Of a stretch of 64,000 bases of DNA, positions 1 to 9,754 are shown in pieces; position 1 is the first letter of the stretch, and every line of letters starts with the position of its first letter. The stretch lies in assembly GCA_963815195.1 (NCBI GenBank), contig CAWFGE010000008.1, positions 597,290 to 661,289 of the forward strand, given 5' to 3'. Under the pieces are notes generated by a model. The model did not search any database, was not told the DNA's origin, and saw nothing but the letters and a program-made list of their open reading frames with translations. The translations under genes were made by a program, and so were the position numbers. The stretch comes from an uncultured Planctomycetaceae bacterium. GTDB taxonomy: Bacteria > Planctomycetota > Planctomycetia > Planctomycetales > Planctomycetaceae.

Positions 1-8
1 ACGCCGGG

Positions 9-380
9 GTGAGCGCGGCGTTCTTTATTATTGCGATTCGATTGAGCATCCTCGTTCCCATCGGGCTTTTGAGCTGTTTCGTGGGCGCGAGGATTCTGAA
101 AACCTCGTTCGGCACGCTCGGCTCGGCCGCGCTCAAATTGGCCACTCTGTTTGTTGTCTCGGATGCGGTCGCTTCGTTCGCCGGTTTGTTTTCCGAGGAC
201 ACTGTTTTCACCGTTTTGATTTATGTGCTCACGCTCCTCGTCTCTCTGTGGCTGCTCGCCTGGCTGTTTCACCTGGAACCGCTCGAAGTCTTCTACTTCG
301 CCCTGATTCTCCTGGTTGTCCGCTGGGGAACGTTGTCGCTAGCAAACCAGGTATTCGATTGGTTGAAACTCGTGGGATAG
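9..380 (+). CDS. Hypothetical membrane protein (possibly 5'-truncated by window edge)
   Basis: 123-aa ORF with about four hydrophobic segments; no recognisable motif. Confidence 0.55.
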   Translation: MSAAFFIIAIRLSILVPIGLLSCFVGARILKTSFGTLGSAALKLATLFVVSDAVASFAGLFSEDTVFTVLIYVLTLLVSLWLLAWLFHLEPLEVFYFALILLVVRWGTLSLANQVFDWLKLVG

Positions 381-756
381 ACGAGTCGCGACGCGCAGGT
401 GATTGCCGGAGGTTCGGCGAAGTCCAACTTGGCGGGAGGTGTCCGGTGCCCTGCGACATAATCGCCGATGGGCGGGCCGCGGAATTCGCGCTGCAATTGT
501 TCTGCCCGGAAAAGTCGCTCCGTTCCGTCACGACCGCCATAATCCGCCGGCTCTTTGCCAAGTTCCCTGCTTGCCCGGCTTGCGTTCCAGCTTGTTTCCG
601 CCGTTAGCCGATAACACTTTCAGGTCGTGCCCTCCGTGTCGAACGCTTCCGTCGCCCGCGTGGTTCCGCCGCCCGGCGACCCGACCGCAACATCCTTCCC
701 ACGCTGCTTGATTCGGTCCCCTCATGTGACCCCAGACCCCAAGGCCTCGTGATTCT

Positions 757-1596
757 ATGCAAAAAACGTCGCGACGACGCTCTTCGTCCGCCGTCCAATC
801 TCCGCTCGAAACCTACCTGCGGGAGATCAACGAGACGGCACTGCTCACTGCCAGGGAAGAGAAGGAACTCTCCAATCGGATTGCCCAAGGAGACAACGCC
901 GCCCGCGACCAGATGGTCCGCGCCAACTTGCGATTGGTCGTGAATATCGCCCGGGCCTACACCGGCAAAGGCCTGCCGCTGCCGGACTTGATCGAAGAAG
1001 GGAACCTGGGGCTGTTGCGGGCGGTCGAGGGCTTCGATCCCACGATGAATACCCGCTTTAGCACGTATGCCAGTTATTGGATCAAGCAGTCCATCAAGCG
1101 GGCCTTGGTGAACTCGGCGAAGACGATTCGCATCCCCGCCTACATGGTGGAACTGCTCTCCAAATGGCGGCGGGCGACGGCGAAGCTGCAGGATGCGCTC
1201 AACCGCACGCCTACGCCGGAAGAAGTCGCCGCCGAATTGGGCCTGCCCAAGAAAAAGCTCAAGATCGTCAAAAAGGCGATCCAGCTTTATAACTCGACCC
1301 CGCAGTCCGACCAGTCGGACAGCGGCTGGTCGCTGGGGGAAATGATCGCCGACGACCGGGCCAAGGGACCGGAAGCGGAGATGATCGAGATCGACAACAT
1401 CAAGCACGTTTACGACATGCTGGAGGAGATGGAGCCGCGGGAAGCGACCATCCTCCGCATGCGGTTCGGCCTGGACGATTCGGAACCGCGCACGCTCAAG
1501 GAAATCGGCGAGACGCTGGGCCTGACCCGCGAACGCGTCCGCCAGATTGAAAACGAAGCCCTCAACCGCCTCGCCCGCGGCCTGACGGGCGACTAA
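757..1596 (+). CDS. Sigma-70 family RNA polymerase sigma factor, group 2 / RpoS-like (no region 1.1)
   Basis: Region 1.2 (YLREINETALLT), region 2 (NLRLVVNIA, DLIEEGNLGL, RFSTYASYWI), region 4 (RTLKEIG...RERVRQIE). Confidence 0.93.
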   Translation: MQKTSRRRSSSAVQSPLETYLREINETALLTAREEKELSNRIAQGDNAARDQMVRANLRLVVNIARAYTGKGLPLPDLIEEGNLGLLRAVEGFDPTMNTRFSTYASYWIKQSIKRALVNSAKTIRIPAYMVELLSKWRRATAKLQDALNRTPTPEEVAAELGLPKKKLKIVKKAIQLYNSTPQSDQSDSGWSLGEMIADDRAKGPEAEMIEIDNIKHVYDMLEEMEPREATILRMRFGLDDSEPRTLKEIGETLGLTRERVRQIENEALNRLARGLTGD

Positions 1597-1675
1597 AGTG
1601 AGCGGCCGGCGCTCGCCGCGGCCGGTCTTGATTTCGGTGGTCTGCGTTCATCAAAACCCGAGGCGAGCCTTCGGC

Positions 1676-3232
1676 TTACTGTGTTGGCTTGTCCTTGGGC
1701 GCGGGCTGCTCGCGGAACACGAACATCAGCCGGATTGGACTTGCGTTCGGCTTCCGCTCGGCTTCCGCTTTGCCGATTTCCGCCAGGGGGGCCGTTTCGG
1801 TTCGCTTCCGTCCGCCGGCGTTCGAATCGGGCTTCGGGGAAGCGGGGGCATTGGGCTTCGCCTGCTTCCGGGCCAACCAATCATCGGCCGGCGTCTGCAC
1901 CATCAACTGAAAGGATTCCGTTCCCGCGTTGTTTCCCGCCGCCTGATCCTGGTTCTCGGGAACGTGAAGTTTTGAGAGATCGAGCGCGGCGATGGAGGGC
2001 TGCGGCTGGGCGCGATCGGGCTCCGGTTTGTCCCGCGGCGCGGATTTTTCGCCTGGAGCCTTGGGCGGTGCCATTTTCTTGGGAAGCGACTCGGCGGCGT
2101 CTTTTCGAGATTCGTAACTCTGCACCGACTGGGCCAGCGTTTGCGGGGATTTGCCGGCAAACCGCACAGCCCGGCGGTTCCCCAGGCTCGGAATCAGCAC
2201 CGGAATCTCGTTCATCGCCAGCGTGGTCTTGGCTTCCAGCCCGGAAATTGCATGTTCCCGCCGGAGCATCGCCAGCGTGGAACTCAACTGGTCGCTGGTG
2301 GATTGCACGTAGAGTCCGTAATTCGAACCGGCTTTGACGATCGCTCCATCACCCAAGGCCAAGGGCGGGGCCGCGTTCAATTGGAAGTTTCCCGGCGGGA
2401 CGGCGTGTTGAGCAAACAGGACTTGCAGTTGACCCAGCGTTTTTTGCACATCGACAACCGTGACTTCCACAATCACCACCCGCCCATCCTGCCGCTGGGC
2501 CAATTCCAGAATCTGCCCGACTTGGGGATCGGCCCGCATGGGTGGGCCGACAAACCCGCCGGAGCCTCCAAATCCCCCGCCGGCGGCTCCAAAACTTGCA
2601 CCGGCCATGCTGGGAGTGAATTCGGGCGCGATCCCCTTTCCGGGTGTTTCGGCCGGTTTGGGGAGCGGTGGCGGCGAAGCGAGCTTGTTCGCGGCCGCGG
2701 ATTGCCGCCCCGCCAGCAAGTCGCCTTCGGAGCCCAGGTGCACCGGCTGTTTGGTCCGCGGTTCGGTTTGCTGTTTTAAGACCGGAAACGTTTCGGCGTC
2801 CCTTGGCGGGAACTCCGCGGGAGATTGGGACTTCGCCGCCAGGCTCGGATTGGAGTCCCCCGGTTGCGGTCGATTCCACCACGAAGGAACCCACACAGTC
2901 AACAGCACCACAGCCACCGCGGCCGTCGTCAGCATTTGCAGCACAACCCCCGTCCTCACAGATATTCCCCAAGAGCGTTTCGAGGCTGGCTCCGCCAACG
3001 GCGCGGCCGGTTGCTCGGCGGCCAATCGGTTTTGCACGGCGGCCTTTAAGCCGGCGGGGGCGGGCTCGGCGGGGAGTTGGCGGAGGATGTCCGACAACCG
3101 CCGAATCTCCGCCAATTCGCGGCGGGCTGCGGGCGATTCCGAGATCCGGTGGGCGGTCTCTTCGCGCTCCGATGGGGAAACCTCCTCATCGAAATACGCG
3201 GAGAGGGCCTCGGTGGGCTGGGGCTGGTTCAT
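1676..3232 (-). CDS. Anti-sigma factor (N-terminal zf-HC2-like anti-sigma domain, one TM helix, long C-terminal region)
   Basis: N-terminal LSAYFDEEVS...EREE motif, TM segment, directly downstream of an ECF sigma gene. Confidence 0.75.
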   Translation of the reverse strand: MNQPQPTEALSAYFDEEVSPSEREETAHRISESPAARRELAEIRRLSDILRQLPAEPAPAGLKAAVQNRLAAEQPAAPLAEPASKRSWGISVRTGVVLQMLTTAAVAVVLLTVWVPSWWNRPQPGDSNPSLAAKSQSPAEFPPRDAETFPVLKQQTEPRTKQPVHLGSEGDLLAGRQSAAANKLASPPPLPKPAETPGKGIAPEFTPSMAGASFGAAGGGFGGSGGFVGPPMRADPQVGQILELAQRQDGRVVIVEVTVVDVQKTLGQLQVLFAQHAVPPGNFQLNAAPPLALGDGAIVKAGSNYGLYVQSTSDQLSSTLAMLRREHAISGLEAKTTLAMNEIPVLIPSLGNRRAVRFAGKSPQTLAQSVQSYESRKDAAESLPKKMAPPKAPGEKSAPRDKPEPDRAQPQPSIAALDLSKLHVPENQDQAAGNNAGTESFQLMVQTPADDWLARKQAKPNAPASPKPDSNAGGRKRTETAPLAEIGKAEAERKPNASPIRLMFVFREQPAPKDKPTQ

Positions 3233-3279
3233 GGCAAGGGAAGGACTTTTCTGGCATCAACGTTCTTGGCGGCCGGGGT

Positions 3280-3975
3280 TCAAGGCAAATCGTCCTTGAA
3301 CAGCACGGCCAGTCTTTCGCGGAGTTCGCTCCGCGCGCGGTGGATTCGGCTGCGGACCGTCCCGATGGGGCAGCCCACGATTTCTGCAATCTCCTCGTAT
3401 CTCAAATCTTCCATTTCCTTAAGCACGAGCACGGTGCGGTATTCTTCCGACAATTCCGCGAGGGCCGCGCGGACCAACGCCTGCCGTTCCGACACCTCCA
3501 TCGAATGCGAAGGCTGAGAGAACGGATGACCGTCGACGGGTTCGTGCCCGGAGTTTTCGCGGGCGGCATCGAGGGAAGCAGACATCCGGCGGTCGCGTCG
3601 TTTGCGGCTGACGGCGGCATTCATCGCGATGCGAAACAACCACGAATAAAACGCCGATTCGCCGCGAAAAGTGGACAATTTCGCAAACGCATGAACAAAA
3701 GCGTCCTGGGCGACGTCCTGGGCCTGGTCCGCCGCCCCCGTGACGTACAACAACGTGTGAAACAACCGATCTTGATAACGCACCACCAACTCGCCGAAGG
3801 CTTCGCTCCGGCCAGACAGACACTCCTCGATGAGTTGTAGGTCGTCATTATTCACGGCATTTGAGGCTAAGACGCTCGAATCGGAGGCGGAGTTCCCGGT
3901 TTTCGGGGGATTTTCACGGATCGACCCCGCGGTCGGCTCGATTTCCTGATTGGTGGCGGCGGAGTGGTTGACCAT
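3280..3975 (-). CDS. ECF sigma-70 factor (SigE/SigW-like)
   Basis: AFGELVVRYQDRLF, DVAQDAF, FYSWLFRIAMN, YEEIAEIVGCPIGTVRSRIHRAR; start uncertain (ATG 3975 chosen). Confidence 0.92.
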   Translation of the reverse strand: MVNHSAATNQEIEPTAGSIRENPPKTGNSASDSSVLASNAVNNDDLQLIEECLSGRSEAFGELVVRYQDRLFHTLLYVTGAADQAQDVAQDAFVHAFAKLSTFRGESAFYSWLFRIAMNAAVSRKRRDRRMSASLDAARENSGHEPVDGHPFSQPSHSMEVSERQALVRAALAELSEEYRTVLVLKEMEDLRYEEIAEIVGCPIGTVRSRIHRARSELRERLAVLFKDDLP

Positions 3976-4214
3976 GATCGCGGATCGGCAGCGAAAAGGA
4001 AGGGATTCGGTCTGTTGTCGATCAAGACGCCCGACCCCGGCCGATCCCAACGGAAAATCGCGGGAAAAACCGGTTTGGAAAGAAACGCGGCGCTCGATCG
4101 GCCTCCTACCCCTCCATCTTAAGCAATGCGGGACAGAGAGTCACCGGTGCAGTTGAAGAATTCATGTTCTCTTCCCGTAACGGCGGCTTCCAGCCGACGA
4201 CGCTACGGGCGGCA

Positions 4215-5804
4215 TCAACCCGCGGCCGCGCTCAAAGGTTGTTTGGCGGCGGGTTTTTGCGGGGCGGGCGGCGTCTGGGCAAGGGTGACGGTTTGCGGCC
4301 GGCGGCTGAGCCAGAACGTGTAAACCAACCCGGCAAGAAACAATCCCACGCTGACCCATTGCGAAATGGTAAAACGTGTGCCGAACTGCCCCATCTCGTC
4401 TCCGCGGAGATATTCGAGCGAAAACCGCGTGATGGGATACGTCAGCATGCCCATCGCCAACACCGCTCCGTCGCGGTTGCGGTAGCGGAAATAGGTCGCG
4501 GTCAAAAACGCCAAGACCAGGGCGTTCAGGGAACTGTAAATCTGCGTCGGCTGGAGCGGCATGCTCCACGGGCTGTCCGGCGAAACGAAGCCCCGCAGCA
4601 CAAGGGCCGTGTCCGGCACGCTGCCCAAGGGGAAATGAATCGCCCAGGGCAATTCGCAGCGGTCGCCGTAACAGCAACCATTCATCAGACAGCCCACACG
4701 TCCAAACGCCAGCGCCAGAAAGAAACCGGGGACGGCAATGTCGGCGATCAGCAGCGGCTTGAGTTTGCGGTAATAGCAATAGCCGATCACAAAGGCGGAC
4801 GCACACAACACGCCGCCCAGCAACACCAGTCCGCCCTCTTGCAACTCGAAAGGGGCTTTGATGAGATCGAATCCGGATTTCCCGCGGAAGACTTCGTCGC
4901 GGTACTGCACGAGATAAAACAGCCTCGCTCCCGCGATCCCCACGAACAACGCCCAGATCCCCATATCCCAAATCATCTCGCCCGGAATCCCCACCCGCCG
5001 GGCGAGCCGCGCCGCGGTCAGTCCCGCCGCGAGAAACCCCAAAAACATCATAAATCCATACCCGCGGATGGGCAGCGATTGCGGGAAGGCCTGCACAAAA
5101 CGCGGTGCGACGTAGGCGTGGTGATCGCGATAGTCTTCGAGCCTCTCGCGAATCTCCGGCAGCCGGCCGCGAATCAGCCGATCCGGCGAAACGTCCGCGG
5201 AGCGGGCGGCGATTTGGCAAACCTGTTCGGCTTTGGAGAAATCTCCGCTCTGCGCATACGCCGCGGCCAGAGTGTCCCAGTGCAGAGCGTTTTTGGGATC
5301 GGCTTTCTCCAAGGCGGTTTCGGCCAGGCGGACGGCTTTCGCCCCGTCGCGGAAACTCTCATCGGGACACGTCGCCCGCAACCAGGCCAACGGCAAATAC
5401 CCCGCATCGCGATCGGGTGCCGCGTCGATGGCCGCCTGAAAATCCTTCGCGGCCTCGGCATATTCGTAAACCTGGGCGTGCGCGAGGCCCCGCGTCACAT
5501 AATGGTCGGCCAGTTGCGGGCTTTGGACCTGCTGCTCAATAATGCTCGTCTGCATTTCGATCATATTCCGCGGTCCGGATTCGACCCAAGCGGGAACGTT
5601 TACGATCACAAACGCCCCCGCGGCCCAGATCAATGCGGGCAAGAGCACTTCGCCCAACCGCAGTTGCCGGCGATTCCGGAACAGCCAATATCCGCCGGCC
5701 AGGACCCACAGCACCAGGACCAGCCCGTAACCAAACCCCGGCACGCTGAACAGGCCGAACGACCAGTCGGCATCCAGGGGAATCCGGAAGAGAGTTTGTC
5801 GCAT
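4215..5804 (-). CDS. lgt: Prolipoprotein diacylglyceryl transferase with internal TPR insertion
   Basis: PIRGYG, GARLFY, GRVGCLMNGCCYG, QPTQIY, RFSLEYLRGD; TPR-like block (YVTRGLAH...LAWLRATCPD...DTLAAAYAQSGDF) in the N-terminal half. Confidence 0.88.
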   Translation of the reverse strand: MRQTLFRIPLDADWSFGLFSVPGFGYGLVLVLWVLAGGYWLFRNRRQLRLGEVLLPALIWAAGAFVIVNVPAWVESGPRNMIEMQTSIIEQQVQSPQLADHYVTRGLAHAQVYEYAEAAKDFQAAIDAAPDRDAGYLPLAWLRATCPDESFRDGAKAVRLAETALEKADPKNALHWDTLAAAYAQSGDFSKAEQVCQIAARSADVSPDRLIRGRLPEIRERLEDYRDHHAYVAPRFVQAFPQSLPIRGYGFMMFLGFLAAGLTAARLARRVGIPGEMIWDMGIWALFVGIAGARLFYLVQYRDEVFRGKSGFDLIKAPFELQEGGLVLLGGVLCASAFVIGYCYYRKLKPLLIADIAVPGFFLALAFGRVGCLMNGCCYGDRCELPWAIHFPLGSVPDTALVLRGFVSPDSPWSMPLQPTQIYSSLNALVLAFLTATYFRYRNRDGAVLAMGMLTYPITRFSLEYLRGDEMGQFGTRFTISQWVSVGLFLAGLVYTFWLSRRPQTVTLAQTPPAPQKPAAKQPLSAAAG

Positions 5805-5926
5805 GAATTCAGAATTCCATTTCGGGAGTCAAATGGGGCAGGCGGCGAGGGGCGATGACAAAAACGCTGCCGGGGTGATAACGATTCGAGGGAGAGGATG
5901 TCAACGCGGAAAGAACGCCGGGTCGG

Positions 5927-6850
5927 CTAACTCGCGGCGTCCGAACGTTCGAGGAGTTGGTTGTCGATCAAGCGCGTCTGGCCCACCTGGGCGGCGACCA
6001 AAGCGATCATTCGAGCCTGGGGAGCCGAGAGTTCTTCCAAGGTGCCGGGGTCGACGATTGTTGCATAATCGGGTTCGACGCGGGGCGTGGACTCCAACAG
6101 TTCCCGCATGTCCTGGCGGATGGATTCGAGGTTGGTTTCTCCCGCGCGGATTTTTTCTTGGGCCAGGTTCAAACTCTTGGGCAACGCCAAAGCGGCTTCG
6201 CGTTCCTCGGCGGAGAGGTATTGATTCCGGCTGCTGAGCGCCAAGCCGTCGGCATCGCGAACGGTGGGACATGCCTTGATCTCGGTGGGGACGTGCAAAT
6301 CGTCGCACATCCGGCGGATGATGGTGAGTTGCTGATAATCCTTCTGTCCGAAATACGCGACATCCGCCTGGGCGATGTTGAACAGCTTGAGCACCACGGT
6401 CGTCACGCCGCGAAAATGGCCGGGCCGCTGCCGGCCTTCCCAAGCCGTCGAGAGCCCCCCGACTTCCACCGCCGTGTCGAATCCCGGGGGATAAAGCGCC
6501 TCTCGCGCGGGATGGAAAACCAAATCCACGCCCAGCGTTTGGCAGGCCTCGACATCCTGCTCGAAGGGACGGGGATAGCGCTCGAAATCCTCGCGGGGTC
6601 CGAATTGCAGAGGGTTCACAAAGATCGTGACCACGACGACATCGCATTCGGCGCGAGCCATTCGCATCAAGCTCAAGTGACCAGCGTGCAGGGCCCCCAT
6701 CGTGGGCACAAGGCCGATCCGCTGGCCGTCCTGCCGGGCAGGGGCCAAGTGCAGCCGCAGCGCGTCCGGCTTATCCACAACCCTCAACTGGGGTTGCGTG
6801 GATTCTTCCGGCAGGGCCTCTTCGGGAGCCGGCGACGGTTCGGTGCTCAT
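5927..6850 (-). CDS. panC: Pantoate--beta-alanine ligase
   Basis: VPTMGALHAGH, FVNPLQF, RPGHFRGV, FGQKDYQQ, GLALSSRN, RLIDN. Confidence 0.97.
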   Translation of the reverse strand: MSTEPSPAPEEALPEESTQPQLRVVDKPDALRLHLAPARQDGQRIGLVPTMGALHAGHLSLMRMARAECDVVVVTIFVNPLQFGPREDFERYPRPFEQDVEACQTLGVDLVFHPAREALYPPGFDTAVEVGGLSTAWEGRQRPGHFRGVTTVVLKLFNIAQADVAYFGQKDYQQLTIIRRMCDDLHVPTEIKACPTVRDADGLALSSRNQYLSAEEREAALALPKSLNLAQEKIRAGETNLESIRQDMRELLESTPRVEPDYATIVDPGTLEELSAPQARMIALVAAQVGQTRLIDNQLLERSDAAS

Positions 6851-7023
6851 GGGGGGGCGTCCTTCGGCGTGGAACTCTTTGGAGTCACACGCCTTGCGGG
6901 GATTCATCGGGAACGAAGGCGTCCCCGAATTTTATCCCGTCGGCTCCCCCGGGTGAATGGCGATTTTTTCCCGCCAAGAATCTCCGCGCCCCGCATTGAG
7001 GCGTTTTCCCTCGCTCAAACCCG

Positions 7024-8052
7024 CTAGGATTCCTGGGAGAGCGTCTTTTTGTCGAGCGATTGAAACCGCTCGCGAATCTGGATGAACTGCTCCTCGCAGC
7101 CGAGAAACACATCCACCAGAAACGGATCGAACTGCGTGCCCCGGCCTTCCCCGATAATCTCTTTCGAGGTGTCGTGGCTGTATTCGGGCTTGTACACCCG
7201 CTTGCTGGTGAGGGCGTCGTACACGTCGGCGATGGCGGTGATGCGTCCGCACAGCGGAATCTGGCTCCCGGCCAGTCCGTAGGGATAACCCGCGCCGTTG
7301 AAGCGTTCGTGATGCGTGAACGCGATGTCGCGGGCCATCGACAGGAATTTCGCTTCCGGATGGGCCTGGGCCGCCGCCAACAGCGTGTTGCCGCCGATGA
7401 TGGTATGCTGCTTCATGATCTCGAACTCGGCTTCCGTGAGTGCTCCGGGCTTGAGGAGCACATCGTCGGGAATGCCGACTTTGCCGATGTCGTGAAGCGG
7501 ACTGGTCAGATACAACAGTTGAACATAGTCCCCGTCGACGTCGTTGGCATACCGCTTGGTGTGCGTGAGTTCGCGGGCGAGGATCCGGCAGTATTCGCGC
7601 ATCCGCTCCAGGTGGGCCCCGGTTTCCGTGTCCCGCGATTCGGCGAGTTTCGCCAAGGCAAAAATCGTCAAATCCCGGCTTTCCAGCGTGAGGATTCGCT
7701 CGGCCGTTTTGAGGCGAACCCGCACGTCTTCGGGATGAAACGGCTTGGTCAGAAAGTCGTCCGCTCCCGCTTCCAATCCGCGCACGGCGTTTTCGACGCC
7801 GCTGTACGACGTCAGCAGAATGAAATAAATGTACGAACTCCAAGACCGCTGCCGAACCTGCCGGCAGAGTTCCAGCCCGCTCATTCCGGGCATCTCCCAA
7901 TCGGAGATGACGAGATGGTAGTTCCCGGACCGGATGAGGGCGAACGCCTCCGCGCCGTCGTGCGCCAAGGTCACGTCGTACCCGAAGTTCTCCAACGAGT
8001 TCTTGAGCATTTCCGCGGAGATGACATCGTCATCGGTGACCAATACCCGCAT
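7024..8052 (-). CDS. Response regulator with HD-GYP phosphodiesterase output (RpfG-like)
   Basis: REC domain (VTDDD, ISDWEMP, KPF) plus LHDIGK, HHERFNGAGYPYGL, ADVYDALTSKRVYK. Confidence 0.93.
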   Translation of the reverse strand: MRVLVTDDDVISAEMLKNSLENFGYDVTLAHDGAEAFALIRSGNYHLVISDWEMPGMSGLELCRQVRQRSWSSYIYFILLTSYSGVENAVRGLEAGADDFLTKPFHPEDVRVRLKTAERILTLESRDLTIFALAKLAESRDTETGAHLERMREYCRILARELTHTKRYANDVDGDYVQLLYLTSPLHDIGKVGIPDDVLLKPGALTEAEFEIMKQHTIIGGNTLLAAAQAHPEAKFLSMARDIAFTHHERFNGAGYPYGLAGSQIPLCGRITAIADVYDALTSKRVYKPEYSHDTSKEIIGEGRGTQFDPFLVDVFLGCEEQFIQIRERFQSLDKKTLSQES

Positions 8053-8055
8053 GAG

Positions 8056-8460
8056 TTAACCCCTGGGAGGAGTGGAGTTCTCGAAGGAAGACGCGAAGCC
8101 GGCTTCAAAAAGCTGGGACGCCTCCAAAAACCGCTGCTGCTCGCGGCGGATCGCCAGCCCGAACGAACCGAGCAGCTGGACGTCGCCGCCTTTCGCCAAT
8201 TCGGCGATTTCCGCGGCCAGGCGGTGGATGCCGCGCGCGGAAACGTTCGAAGAGGTCCCTTTGACCCGGTGCGCGATGACGGCGATCTGATCCACGTCGC
8301 CGCAATCGATCGCCGACTCGAGCGCATCGAGATCCGCGGCGAACTGGCGCGCGAAGGATTGCAAAATGCGTTTCGCGAAATGGCGGTTGCCCATGCAGCG
8401 CGTGAGCAAATCGTCCTGGTCGATCACACATTCGGTTGGCATCAGGTGGCTGGCGGACAT
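8056..8460 (-). CDS. Hpt (histidine phosphotransfer) protein
   Basis: AHRVKGTSSNVSA Hpt motif; immediately upstream of the HD-GYP regulator. Confidence 0.85.
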   Translation of the reverse strand: MSASHLMPTECVIDQDDLLTRCMGNRHFAKRILQSFARQFAADLDALESAIDCGDVDQIAVIAHRVKGTSSNVSARGIHRLAAEIAELAKGGDVQLLGSFGLAIRREQQRFLEASQLFEAGFASSFENSTPPRG

Positions 8461-8952
8461 CTTCTGGCCCTCGACGATAAATGATCCCACACGGAGAAGC
8501 GGGCATCCCTGTTTCCCCGTCATCGCGCATCGCGAGTACGAATAAACTTACGTCAGACATTGGCGAGATGCGTGTTTCAGTGTCGCCGGTGGGCAACAAC
8601 TCGCAAACTCGCGCAGCCCTCACGCGGGAAATTTCGGATAGTTCTTTGGAATGGGAAATGCCGTTTTTTGAAAACACGACATCCCAAATGGTGACTTCTT
8701 AAAACATAGGTGACATCCCCAGGTTGTCAAAAAATAAACGCACATTTGCGGGGAAGTCTTGAGAGAATCACCCAAAACCCCGCAAACCCCAACCGAAATC
8801 CCTCCCCGGCCGCACGTCTTCGGGAGCGGCGGTTTCCAGCCGGCGTCAGGGTTCGAGCGGCGCGAGGAGCCCGGAAGCATCGGCCAGCGGATCGAATGTG
8901 CCGACGGCAACGCTTTTGCGGCCCAAAGCCGTTGTTCGCCGCCCCCGCCGCA

Positions 8953-9405
8953 TCAATCGCGATCGCTGTAGGCGTCCTTGGACGCGTGGCCGTTGCCGTC
9001 GCGGCTGCGAAGTTCGGCGACCTGGCGTTCGAGGTCCTGTTGCTTCTGACGGACTCGGGAGAGGGCGGCCTGCGAATGGGTCTTGGTGGAAAGCATATCC
9101 CCCAAGGCCATCACGATGACCCACATCGTCAATAGCAGCACCACGATCCAAACGATCGTGGCCGGCAGGGGGTTCTTGTTGCGGTCGATCAGCCAATCGC
9201 CTAAGGGGATCAAGATTCCCAACAGCACCAAAATCCCGGAGGTCTGCATTCGCCGGCGGTAGCGGGCGTAGAAATGCTTGCGGTCGTTGGGGTCGAGGCC
9301 GGGATCGTTTTTCTCCTGCCTCCATTCCTGGATATGCCAGCGGAGGAACAATACGCCTGTCACGAACAGGCCCCCGCCGACTCCCACCGCGATCCAAGAT
9401 TTCAT
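8953..9405 (-). CDS. Hypothetical membrane protein (3 TM, C-terminal coiled coil)
   Basis: 150-aa ORF with a clear hydrophobic pattern. Confidence 0.7.
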   Translation of the reverse strand: MKSWIAVGVGGGLFVTGVLFLRWHIQEWRQEKNDPGLDPNDRKHFYARYRRRMQTSGILVLLGILIPLGDWLIDRNKNPLPATIVWIVVLLLTMWVIVMALGDMLSTKTHSQAALSRVRQKQQDLERQVAELRSRDGNGHASKDAYSDRD

Positions 9406-9566
9406 TCCGAAGACTCGTCTCGAATAAGATCAAAACCGAACGCCCGCACTGCCATCATAGACAAGCTGCGGACGGATTGCACGGTCAGCCTCGGGTCTCG
9501 ATGAATGGGTGTGTGTTTCATAAAAATAGGTGGCTCGTCTTTCGCCCTATTTTCCAGGGGATTGGG

Positions 9567-9640
9567 TGGCACGTTCCTGAGCGGAGCGAAGGGCGTGGCC
9601 AGGCGCAAAGACCACGCCCTTCGTTCCTCAGGGCGTGCCA
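9567..9640. repeat. REP-like inverted pair (TGGCACGTTCCTGAGCGGAGCGAAGGGCGTGG / CCACGCCCTTCGTTCCTCAGGGCGTGCCA)
   Basis: Imperfect inverted repeat in intergenic DNA. Confidence 0.7.
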
Positions 9641-9693
9641 TCCAAGTCCGTACCGACTTCTGTGAAACACACACAACGAATTCGCCAAAAACC

Positions 9694-9722
9694 AAGGCCG
9701 GCGGCTAGCGCCGTACCGCTCA
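9694..9722. repeat. Single REP-like unit of the GCCGGCGGCTAGCGCCGT(A/T)CCGCTCA family
   Basis: Near-identical to the right arm of the 96-bp tandem unit at 25564-25941. Confidence 0.75.
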
Positions 9723-9754
9723 CGTTGGCGGAATAGGGGATTTCAAACGGGTTC

